Assembly: GCF_001194135.2 (NCBI RefSeq)
Contig: NC_068981.1
Location: 173,051,102 to 173,115,101, forward strand
From: Octopus bimaculoides
Taxonomy: Eukaryota
Reading direction: 5' to 3'
Length of the DNA: 64,000 bases
In this document: piece after piece, positions 53,813 through 64,000 of the stretch
How the letters are laid out: every line of letters begins with the position of its first letter
Numbering within the stretch: position 1 is the stretch's first letter
Made by a program: the position numbers and the translations under genes
Notes under the pieces: model-generated
The model's database searches: none
Told to the model about the DNA's origin: nothing
The model's input: the letters and a program-made list of their open reading frames with translations, nothing else

Positions 53813-54296
53813 TGTAAGAGAATAGAATTAGAGCTAGTGAGAGTGAGAGAATGTGGGACGAAACAACTGCTTCGTTGGAGAGATACCATAGTTGTTCTAG
53901 CCTGTCAGCCAGACTTTGTTCTCCCTGAGTTGTCACCAAAGTAACTAACTCATTGAGTTGTCACCAAGTGACCACTGGTCGTGTCATCACCAAGTGACTA
54001 ACTGTTTTTTGCTTGCGGGTTCTTGTTTTTATAACAATCCAGAAGGATAGACATATCATTGAGAACAATGTTGGTGGTACAGTGATATCTCTTTTCTAGC
54101 TTTCGGTGAAGTAGAAGAGGTTATAAGGATCAAGTGGTGAAGACATCATTTCAGCCTAGCTAAAGGCATCTTGCATGTGTAAAACTGCTGTCACTGAAAA
54201 AAACCATTGTTCCACCGTGAGAAAAGTTCTGTTGAACTGTTAATTTAAATTTGGCTAAGGTGGATTGAATCCACTTCATGCCTGCAAGATCCAACA
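53813..54296 (+). mobile_element. LTR-like repeat (TG...CA), copy 1
   Basis: Starts tgtaagag and ends gatccaaca. It is homologous along its length to the reverse complement of 55807-56331 (e.g. ccattgttccaccgtgagaaaagttct). Confidence 0.55.
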
Positions 54297-55455
54297 TCAC
54301 TCCCCTCCCAAGTGAGGTTCCGGGAAAGGAAACGAACGATCGAAGGAGAGAAAGAAATGTATGATAAATGCCTTGGAATGTTTTTCAGCAGTGAAATGTG
54401 TCTGGTGCTGTTGTGGTTAATTGCTGAGTTAGCAAGGACGACAGGGTAAGCATGCTGGAGTGATGCGCGAGACAGATAATTTTCTCTGTTAATTACGTGA
54501 CCAAACAAGGGTCTAACAGGGGGAAATTATGTCTAAACATGAGCGCAGAGCATGTGAACAACCGACGCGAATCGAGTCGGGGGCAGAATTGAGCTGACGA
54601 GGACGTATTGCAAAACAAGGTGGTAGATGTGCATAATAGAGGTGCATGTGCATGTGTGCAATAGGGCTTGCAAGGCTGAGGCTAATGCTAGTGCATTAAT
54701 TACAAATACAGTGTACAGTATTGAATATGCCAGTGATTAAGGCAGTGTTCAATATGGCAGCCGGTGCATGAGGTATTCTAAGCCTCGATCGTGCAGGAAC
54801 AAAAGTGTGACATGCTGGCGCGTTGTAAGCGATAAACAACTTTCTCTATGTATGTGTGACCGACCTAGGGTCTTACAGAGATGAGTTGTGTCTACAAGGG
54901 CGCCCCACCATGACTGAAACCACCGGTGCCTTGCCTCGACTTTCCGCAAATGACCTTCTACCAATGCTCTTGAGCCTAGGAAAAAAAGTTTGGCTAAAGC
55001 ACACACCAAGGCACCCATGTACACACACGCACACACACCTATAAGGCGGACACCCCACAAAATAAACTGTTTCCCCTCCCAACATATACTCCTTCACACA
55101 AATTGTACCCCTATATATACACAGCCCCCCACATACATTACAGACCGCACGCTAACATACCCCCCCCCCACCTTTTTCACAGCTGACCGGTTGTGCTATT
55201 CCACCTCCGACAATAGAGAGCAGTCGCCATATTCCCTTCGATATCGGCTAACTCTGATGAGCGTAAAGTTATATAATTGGTTTCTTACCTAACACTCCAT
55301 TGTAGTCTTTACGCGAAACCGATTGGTAAGACCAGCCGTGATGGATATTTAATACTATACGTTTCAGATGATATATATATGTGTGTGTATGCGCGCGTGT
55401 GTGTGCGTGCGTGTGTGTATGTGTGCGTGCGTGCGTGTGCATGTGTGTATAGTAT

Positions 55456-55721
55456 TTTATAAGCTTAAAGCTTGTAAGTGAACACCGTGCAATGGCTAAA
55501 GAAAATAGTCTAATAATATGGCATAGAAGCCCTCGACGGAAAAGAGTAGGTTTTCCCGTAAATGGCTAGCACACTTGTCGCGAAAACAAAGTGATGTGCG
55601 TTCGAGTCCCACGCGTCCGGGAAAACCTACTTTTTTTCTGTCGAGGGCTTATATGCTCCATTATTAGACTATTTTCTTTAGTCACTGCATGTTCATCATT
55701 TATAAGCTTTAAGCTTGTAAG
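55456..55721. mobile_element. MITE-like palindrome (~100-bp arms) enclosing a tRNA-like spacer
   Basis: Arms aaagaaaatagtctaataat...agtaggttttcccg and cgggaaaacctact...attattagactattttcttt. The spacer (55559-55617) contains gtgcg-ttcgagt-cccac. Confidence 0.75.
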
Positions 55722-55806
55722 ATATTATTATTATTATTTACAGAATTGTAAAAATCGACGCTGCTTAACAAAAAGCGTCGCAGAAATGTGTGTGTGTGTG
55801 TGTGTG

Positions 55807-56331
55807 TGTAGTGGATCTTTCAAGCATGAAGTGGATTCGATTCACCATAGCCAAATTGCTAGTAACTCTTCAAGAGAACTTTTCTCACGGTGGAACAATG
55901 TTTTTTTTTTTCTGTGACAGCAGTTTAAAATTTTCCTGATGCCTTGGCTAAGCAAAAATAATGTCTTCGCTACTTGACCCTTCTAATCTCTTACAGACCA
56001 CTAAAAACTAGAATTAAGATAACAAGTACCACCAACTAAATCCACTGTTCTCAACGATATGTCTATCCTTCCGGATAATTATAAAAGCAAGAACCCCGAG
56101 CAAAATTCAGTTAGTCACTTGGTGACAACTCAATCAGCTAGTCAGTTGGTGATAACTCGTGAGTTGAGAGAGAGCTAACATCAGTTAGTGAACCGATCAC
56201 TAGAATCATGGTCACAAGCAGGCAGACAAACGGCCAGAGGGAAAAAGGAAGAAGTTTAGAATCAGCGACTATACTCTCGGCAACGTCCCACACTCACTCA
56301 CTCTTACAAGCTCACTTTATTTTCTCTTACA
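55807..56331 (-). mobile_element. LTR-like repeat (TG...CA), copy 2, inverted relative to copy 1
   Basis: The minus strand starts tgtaagag and ends gatccactaca; it is clearly diverged from copy 1. Confidence 0.55.
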
Positions 56332-57121
56332 TCATTCTATCTTTTTCTGTAAATTACTTCTACACAATTACGAGAACACAAACACAAACTATACAAGGAA
56401 AATCTACATTTATCTTTACTTCGCATGCTTTACGATTTCATCACCTGCCCATCGAGGTAAGGTATTGTTTAATGTAACGATAAAATAAATATTTTCTTCA
56501 CAACTTCAATCACTGTTCTTTCATCTTTACATAATGAAGAATCTCAAACCTTTAACAAATCAATCACAACAGTAACGAACTCAATTTCAATCGTCACAAA
56601 ATCTAATTTCAACCATTACGCTAATAAACTTCAACCGTTACAAATTGGTGACCCAACCTTTATAAAAGTAATTTTCATCGTTTCAACTGGTGATCACGAC
56701 GTTGCACCATAACAGGCATCGTTACAAAAATAAAACTTTGTCGTTACATATATATAAATAAGTAACAAAGATGTACAGGTGTTAATTCATTACGGCCGTT
56801 TCAAGTGGCTTCTTTAATTGATTAACGAAAACATTATATCAATTTGAAAGAAACCGTCCCCCTCAGATGACCTATAGACCTCAAGCATGAAGGACACAAC
56901 AATTTTTTAAACATATTTACATCAATAATGGAACTCAAAATATTTACATTGTCTCTTTTGCTATATCTATGGCAAAATGAGTTTAGAAAATAATGCATAC
57001 CACGTCAAGCCTACTATAATTTAGAGTAGCAGAGGAAATAGTGGGGTCAGAATAAAATGAGTGGTGACCTAGTTACTTATATTTAGAAGACTTTATGTAG
57101 AATGTAGTCTTCAACCATTTA

Positions 57122-58377
57122 TTAGGTCGTCAACTATGAAATTTGTAGTAAGGTATATGGTAAACTTTGATAGCTGCTCATTTTGCGCCATTATTATATT
57201 TTGACAATCTTTATTTTTTTGTTAGAAAGCTGACACATCTATTTCTTTATTCTAACTCATTTTGCGCTTTATAATGTATTTACAGATCGTTTTCTGCTAT
57301 TTTTGTTTAGAGATGGATAAGTCAGAAATTCGTACAGTTTTGAAATATGAGTTCTTTCTTGGAAATACAGTATCACCGACAGCTCGGAATATTAATGGAG
57401 GATTTCATTCTAATGTTATTACATAGCAGACAGTATCAAATTGGTTTGCGGTCGCCCAGAAACAAAGGTGGATAATGACGAACTGAAAGCCACAGTCGAG
57501 TCAGATCCATCTCAAAGTACCTGTGAATTATCGTTGTTGTTTGGTGTTAGCAAGTAAACAATATTGGCTCACCTAGTTCAAACCGGTAAAGTGACAAAGT
57601 TGGATAAGTGGATTCCACAAGAACTCTATGAAAATCAGAAGCAGCAACGTTTCGAAGCCTGCATTATACTACTTTCTGGTCACAAAAATTAATCATTTTT
57701 GAATCGAATTGTAACATGTGATGGAAAATGGATCTAATACAACAACCGTAAACGTTCAGCACAATGGCTGGACAAAGACGAACTACCAAAACACAGTTCA
57801 AACAGCAAAATTCATCAAAAGAAGCTGATAGTGTGTGTTTGGTGGTCTGGCGCAGGTGTGATCCATTATGATTTCATTAAACCTGGTTCATCAATCACGG
57901 CCGAAATATACTGCAGCCAACTGGACCAAATGATGCAGAAACTTACATAAAAAAACAAAAAAAAACAGCCTAGATTAGTCAACAGATCCACTCCTATTTT
58001 ATTGCAAAACAACGCCAGACCACACATCACAAAAATGACATTGGCGAAACTACAGGAGTTGGAGTTGGAAGTTTTCCATCATCCACCATACTCACCTGAT
58101 CTTGTCCCCACTGACTACCACTTCTTCCAGAATCTGGATAACTTTTTGATAGGAAAAAATTTAATTCCCACGATGCTGTAAAACAGGCCTTCCAAGATTT
58201 TATTGACTCTAGATTGCCGGGCTTTTACAGTTCCGGGATGGACAAGTTACCGCTGAAATGGCAAAAGTGTATTGACAATATGGGTGCCAACGTTGATGAA
58301 TAAAACTATTCCTTGTATTTATAAAACATTAGCAAAATATTTTTTCTTTTCTACAAATTTCATACTTGACGACCTAA
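57122..58377 (+). mobile_element. Full-length decayed mariner transposon, 1256 bp
   Basis: 27-bp TIRs ttaggtcgtcaactatgaaatttgtag and ctacaaatttcatacttgacgacctaa (1 mismatch), with TA at 57120-57121 and 58378-58379. Transposase relic 57313-58303 reads MDKSEIRTVLKYEF, KWIPQEL, RIVTCDGKWI, LQNNARPH and PYSPDLVPTDYHFF. Confidence 0.96.
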
Positions 58378-58584
58378 TATAATAGAATTAAATCCATTGG
58401 GAGTTGTCAACCGTATTCTAGTTAATGGTAGTAAATCAATTAATGACAGACAATGTACTAGACTCTTAATGTACGGGAACCATATATCTAGCTATCTACA
58501 TATAATTTAATAGAGCCGTATACACGTGCTCCACTTGTGGCGTACAAATAGTATGCGATCCTGTAAATTGTATTTACCCAACGG

Positions 58585-58648
58585 TCTGTACTGATGAGAA
58601 ACAGATATTTTCGGTAAGAAAGTATTAATTTCGAAACATGTTTACAGA
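58585..58648 (+). ncRNA. Type I hammerhead ribozyme motif with canonical core
   Basis: tctgta-CTGATGA-gaaa(...)tttc-GAAA-catg-TT-tacaga. It has a 6-bp stem I, G10.1-C11.1 closure, palindromic ACATGT stem III and a GUU triplet. Confidence 0.8.
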
Positions 58649-59189
58649 TAATTGTATTTTTTATGTAATTTTCACTGGTCTTGCCCGATTACGTTTTTGT
58701 TAACTCGCTAAATTCCCTTTGAGAATTATTCGGTCTTAGTAGACACATGATATGTAATCTTCTAGCACATTAGCAGTCTACCTAGTGGCCTCCTTTATAT
58801 ATATATTTTATCTACACATAAGGGTAGGTTGTAGGGTTAGTAGTAAGGGAATGTCTGATGGGGAAGGGGTGATTAATGGAAGAAAGAATGATAGGTGTGG
58901 TTAATATTTATTTAGATTATCAAATTAAAGGGGAACATAATGAAAACCCAAAAGAGATAAGAAATATAAACTTTAGGGGTGGTAATTGGAATTGAAAGAT
59001 ATGGGAGGTAGTAATTTATAACTTAGCAAATTTACAATATTAATTTGAGAAAATTTGAATCAATATATACAGTAAAGATAGAAATTAAATTTAAAACCTA
59101 ATAATGGGATACTTTAATATATAAGAAAAACTATCAAGACTTTTCCTGCCCCCACCCCTCCGTCCGTCCGTCCGTCCGTCCGTCCATCC

Positions 59190-60133
59190 ATCTATCCATT
59201 CAAACGTTCTTATTTGTTTTAACTAATATTTCTTTCAATTATTCTGACGTGAATACGATACATTTCTTGCTGCAAGCGTTCCTATTGGTTTGACCGCCGA
59301 GGTCGACTTTTGCCTTTCGTCCTTTTGGGATCGATAAATTAAGTACCAGTTGCGTACTGGAGTTGGTCTAATCGACTGGTCCCCTCCCCCAAAATTTCGG
59401 GCCTTGTGCCTAGAGTAGAAAAGGTTCTTATTGGTTTGAAGTTATTACCCGTTTCAATCTACAAACGTTTTTCTTTCACTCACATTAGTTTCATTTTGTC
59501 AATTCAGCTACAAAAAATAGGGTTCAGATCTTCTACTTTGTCTAAACGTTCTTATTCGTTTTAACTCATATTTCTTTCATTGATTCTGACGTGAATACGA
59601 TACATTTCTTTCTGCAAGCGTTCTTATTTGTTTGAAGTTATTACCCTTCTGCCTACAACGACCATTTTCATTGCATAAGTTAAGCTGATTTAAAAACGAA
59701 TATTCATTTAGGTGCGTCTGGCAGAACAGGGCGAAAGAGAGAGAAACAGTACCCAAGACAGGGACAGGCGTGCGAATAGAAAGGTCGATGAGACTGATAA
59801 ATCAAGGGTTGAGCGTCTGGCGGAACAGAGGGAAAGAGACAAAAACAGGAGACGTCATGAATCGGATGCTCATGTGAATACAAACAGAATAAAACAAGTT
59901 TTGCGTAAAACAGACCACGGGTTACCGAGATGCGCGGTTTTTACGGGTACCTTTATAAATAGCCAAACCGGCGTATAATGGGGGAAATGCTTTGAAAATA
60001 AGGTACCGTTGAAATGTGAATACACACAGAATAACAGAAGTTTCACGTAAATCGGATCACGGATTCCCGAGATAAGCGGGTTTTTTCAGGCACCTTGAAT
60101 TATTGGTGACCCAACGGGTCACGAGTGGTCTAG
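59190..60133 (+). mobile_element. Non-autonomous Helitron-like element (5' boundary approximate)
   Basis: 3' hairpin gtgacccaacgggtcac (60106-60122) is followed by CTAG|T (60130-60134). The internal ORF has RLAEQ.ER repeats typical of Helitron N-termini, and there are internal tandem subrepeats. A SINE at 59294-59424 has a 15-bp TSD ttc(c/t)tattggtttga. Confidence 0.7.
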
Positions 60134-60736
60134 TAGTACATTAAAAGTCAGTTTAAATCTTGCTTGCTTGCTTGCAAAGTTACCCAGCCAAACTGGCGCA
60201 TAATGGGAAAATATTATTATTTAAGTTTACCCTGAAATGTTAATACGAACGAAATAAAACAAGTTTCGCGTAAATCGGACAAGTAGTTTTAGGAGATTTT
60301 AGAGGTTTTCGGGTATAAATACCCAAAGTGGTGCATAATGGAAAAATATTCCGAAAATAATCTTGAAAGGGAAGAAATTCTTATCGTTCGATTAGACACA
60401 GTGACTTGACAACGGAAAACTACGAATTTTTTTACAGTGAATGTTTCTGTTTTCGCTTTTGTTAAACACAATAGTTTAGAAATATTTTTAAGTGAATGTG
60501 ATTTCAAATATGTAAGTTGTTTGTGCAGTAAGTATTCATATTTTCATGTTTTTAAAAAATATTTTCAAGTGAATACCATTACAAAAATTCCTTTTAGCAT
60601 ATTTTTAAAATATTTTAAAGTGAAGATGACTTTAAAAATACGGTAAATATTTCGTAAAAGCCCCGTTCGTAACCTCGGTGTGAAATAGTTTTTTTCCATA
60701 TGCATTCTTCGAGTGCATTCAAAGTATCTCACCTCG

Positions 60737-60855
60737 AAAGATTTGGCTGCTATTTCTAGAACGCCCTGCTACCACGTAACAGCTATTTGCGATTAAGGAC
60801 CCAAAATACCTGTTACGTAGTAGCAGGGCGCGCAAGAAATAGCAGCCAAATCTTT
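60737..60855. repeat. Short palindromic MITE-like element
   Basis: aaagatttggctgctatttct..gccctgctaccacgtaacag pairs with ctgttacgtagtagcagggc..agaaatagcagccaaatcttt. Confidence 0.75.
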
Positions 60856-61015
60856 CCTTTTGTGGGGAAAGGAGCCGTTTGCGCGTGATTTCGATGTCAC
60901 ATTCGTTGAAAGCATGCGAAATAACCTGGAAAAGAAAAAAACCCACGAAACAAAACTCCGTTGTTGGGAAACTCAGAGTTTCCCGGTGACCCAACGGGTC
61001 ACGGGTAATCTTGTA

Positions 61016-61053
<38 letters not shown>

Positions 61054-61284
61054 GAATATGAGGGGTTTAGTTCACTTGTGATCTAAACGAATAGGTACGC
61101 TTGGTAAGTGCTATAGTTGGTTGACCATTAGTTTTCAAGATTACAGTTAAGGCTGGATCTAGGGAACCATATTAGGGTTCCGTTATAGCATGTATATATT
61201 ATATTAGAGGAAAAATAAAAACCAAGGCAGAACGAGTACCTCAAGTCTTTTAGAATAATTTAATTAGGGTAAGGTGAATTTGAA

Positions 61285-61360
61285 GTCTTACAGCCATTTC
61301 TGGGATAACCCAAGTGATTGGTTAGCATGTTCGTGCACTGGGTATACCGTCATCAGAGAC
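61285..61360 (-). ncRNA. Type I hammerhead-like motif with long stem II
   Basis: Minus strand: gtct-CTGATGA-cggtatacccagtg(...)cacttgggttatccca-GAAA-tggctg-TA-agac. It has a 4-bp stem I and a GUA triplet; the bases of stems II and III are imperfect. Confidence 0.6.
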
Positions 61361-61455
61361 AAGGTATGAATATTTTAAACGGAAAATTTATAGTTTACAA
61401 GAAATAAAATTCGCAGCTTATAAGGAATAAAATAGAAGAATAAAAAGTAAAAGTA

Positions 61456-61631
61456 GTTAGAAGACTATAGACAGGAGAATAATGTTCACGACTCATCTTT
61501 TTCCAGAGGATATGGATGTTGGTCGGTACTTCCATGAGGGTACAGATTTTTACAGGAGTACCGACCAACATCAATTTCTTCTGGAAAAAGATAAGTTGTG
61601 AACATTATTCTCCTGTCTACATTCTTCTAAC
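61456..61631. repeat. Long imperfect hairpin (~77-bp arms, ~21-nt loop)
   Basis: gttagaagactatagacaggagaataatgttcac...gatgttggtcggtact pairs with agtaccgaccaacatc...gtgaacattattctcctgtctacattcttctaac, ending at the N gap. Confidence 0.85.
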
Positions 61632-62027
61632 NNNNNNNNNNNNNNNNNNNNNNNNNNNNNNNNNNNNNNNNNNNNNNNNNNNNNNNNNNNNNNNNNNNNN
61701 NNNNNNNNNNNNNNNNNNNNNNNNNNNNNNNNNNNNNNNNNNNNNNNNNNNNNNNNNNNNNNNNNNNNNNNNNNNNNNNNNNNNNNNNNNNNNNNNNNNN
61801 NNNNNNNNNNNNNNNNNNNNNNNNNNNNNNNNNNNNNNNNNNNNNNNNNNNNNNNNNNNNNNNNNNNNNNNNNNNNNNNNNNNNNNNNNNNNNNNNNNNN
61901 NNNNNNNNNNNNNNNNNNNNNNNNNNNNNNNNNNNNNNNNNNNNNNNNNNNNNNNNNNNNNNNNNNNNNNNNNNNNNNNNNNNNNNNNNNNNNNNNNNNN
62001 NNNNNNNNNNNNNNNNNNNNNNNNNNN

Positions 62028-63385
62028 TATATATATGTGGAGTCGGGGCTGCTGCTGTTGGTGTTGGCGTCGCTGTGGGTGGTGGTGGTGGTGGTGTCGG
62101 TAATATTTTCGTCCCTGCGCATGTTGCCTGTGCTGTACTCGTTGTTGTTGCTGCGGGTGTTGCTACTACTGTTGTTGTTGTCGGGGCTGCTGATGTTGTT
62201 GGAGCCGGCGTTGGTGGTGATGCCAATGGTGGAGGAGGTGGTAATGGCAACGGTAGTGCTATCACCACTGCCGGTCTCGGAGGAGGTGCTGTTGCTGCTG
62301 TTGTTGTCGTTATAGCTAGTGATGGCACTGGACCTGTTGCCTCTGCTACTAGTGGCTAACAGGTCTGGCATAGTGGACGTCGAGGAAGCTATTGATAAGG
62401 CTGGTGTTGATGGCGATGCCCCTGCTGTTGGCGCTGCTGCTGTTGTTGTTAGCGATGTTGCCATCCGTTGTGGCGTTAGTGACGGTGCTACTGGCTCTGT
62501 TCTCATGCCTACGGCTGCTATTGCCTCTGCCGATGCTAATGGCATGTCCTGCTAGAACCTCGACTTGGTATACGACCCCTTTGGTGTCGCAGCGGCCTCC
62601 TACCGGGTAACTGCTTCGGATCCTCCATGAACAACCCGCCTCTTCTTGTGTTTTAGTGGCGCTAACTAGGATGCTCTTAATGCTGGGGGCGCAGTTTAAC
62701 TAGACCCTAACGTTGTGCCTGTTGAAGATGGGCCCGTACCTATGGGAGCTAGTGAAATGCTTGTCTATTAGTTTAAGGAATAATCTATCTACAGGTGTTA
62801 CTGTATTAAGGGAGTATGGGTAACCAAATTGTATTTCTGAGACGCTTCCTTCTGCGGCTGTTAGGTTCCGGTATGTAGGAGATGCGGTCCCTAAACCTGC
62901 TGGCAGCTAGGGCTTCATTATTGTACAGGGGTCCCTTGTCGAAGGAAAGGCTTGAGGAAAGGCTCGAAATCCTCTTACTGACGCCCTTTACCAGAATCTT
63001 GACTACTATGGGTGAGCGACAGGAGGCTATGTTTATGTACGACAGCCTCTCGCTTGGTTTGCAGTAAGGCCTGTAAGTACCGGATTCCAGGTCGAGCCTG
63101 ACGTCTAAGAAGTCCGCTGTTGTGAGGTTGGTCTCTATGGTGGTCTACAAACCCATAGAGGCAAACGTGCTGATTAAGTTTTTCCTAAGCCTGTCTAGTA
63201 TAAGGCTGCTTGCCCCGCTGGAGATGGCCTCATCTCTGTAGAAGCCAAAGAGGACTGAGAGGAAATTTTTCTAAGGGTATCTAGGATATATAATCCGATT
63301 AGGTCGCATATCTCAGCGCTGTCGTAGGCTCCCATCGCTACGTCAAAGGAGCCAATGGGATCCGCTTTATTTCTAGCTCCAAATG
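62028..63385 (-). mobile_element. 5'-truncated Penelope-like element: RT, Cys-rich linker, GIY-YIG start and low-complexity insert
   Basis: The minus strand (with frameshifts) reads FDVAMGAYDSAEICDLIGLYIL, GFYRDE, TIETNLTTADFLDVRLDLESGTYRPY, KRISSLSS, NTIW..PYS, FLKLIDKHF, IFNRHNVRV, GCSWRIRSSYPVGGRCDTKGVVYQVEV. A Ser/Asn/Thr-rich tract follows up to the gap. Confidence 0.92.
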
Positions 63386-64000
63386 GATTTTTTTATATAT
63401 ATATATCTAACACTGTCTTTCTCCATTTCTAAGTTAAGGGTTTGCAATAGAGCAACCCTGCAAAACACGACTGATTTTTTGCACACAGACGCACAGAATA
63501 GCAGCAATCAAATAACGACAGCGGAGTGCAAAACAAACATCAGCGATCTGACTGTCGCCTGTATTCTTGACAAGAGATGCCAGTTAGTTTTTTTTACACC
63601 TACCAGGCTCGTTCGTATTAGCCCGAGTTGCTGGATAAGTTTTCGTTCCTTTAAGAATATTGTAGAACGGAAACTTTTCATAGATTGGAATTTAAATACT
63701 AATCTCTATAGAAATTATTGTTTCAAGAAAGCATTGAATTTGAATCACTTTTAATTTTTACGATTACAGATAACAACTCGGGCTGTAACTTCTGAGCCGG
63801 AGTCAGGCGTGAGTGAATGATGTTGAAAGAACTCCTACTACAAATAATATTTTTTAACACAGGACACTTCTAAGACACCACCAGACGCCGAACGAAAATA
63901 ATGCGACCAGGCTCAATAAAAGGAGCCCGAGTTATTGGCTACAATTACATACTTCAACTCCGTGTTGGTAGAAATTATATCGGTTTGCAAATACGCGTTC

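Overview
Eukaryotic, AT-rich, microsatellite-dense draft-assembly sequence with many N gaps (e.g. 3022-3203, 12698-13409, 17087-17884, 51136-51680, 61632-62027). The SINE/LINE repertoire looks like that of an octopus (inference from repeat families, not verified). I cannot support any intact host protein-coding gene: almost every ORF in the track is a microsatellite translation, an N-gap artefact or a decayed transposon. Recognisable elements: two full-length decayed mariner transposons with TIRs and TA target sites, a hAT transposase relic, several MITEs, RTE, CR1-type and R4/Dong-type LINE relics, tRNA-derived SINEs, a Helitron-like element and a pair of inverted LTR-like repeats. The most interesting signal is a set of Penelope-like retroelements (PLEs) and hammerhead-ribozyme (HHR) motifs. 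(i) Two divergent PLE copies (13.5-14.6 kb and 62.0-63.4 kb) share a long Ser/Asn/Thr-rich insertion that appears to sit inside the GIY-YIG endonuclease. (ii) About nine HHR-like motifs from several repeat families lie in the window, including inverted pairs and a tRNA-headed SINE-like unit that carries a hammerhead near its 3' end. CpG depletion over ~1-8 kb and ~12-23 kb hints at an unannotated methylated gene body. Boundaries of SINE/LINE relics are approximate; all alignments and translations were done by eye.
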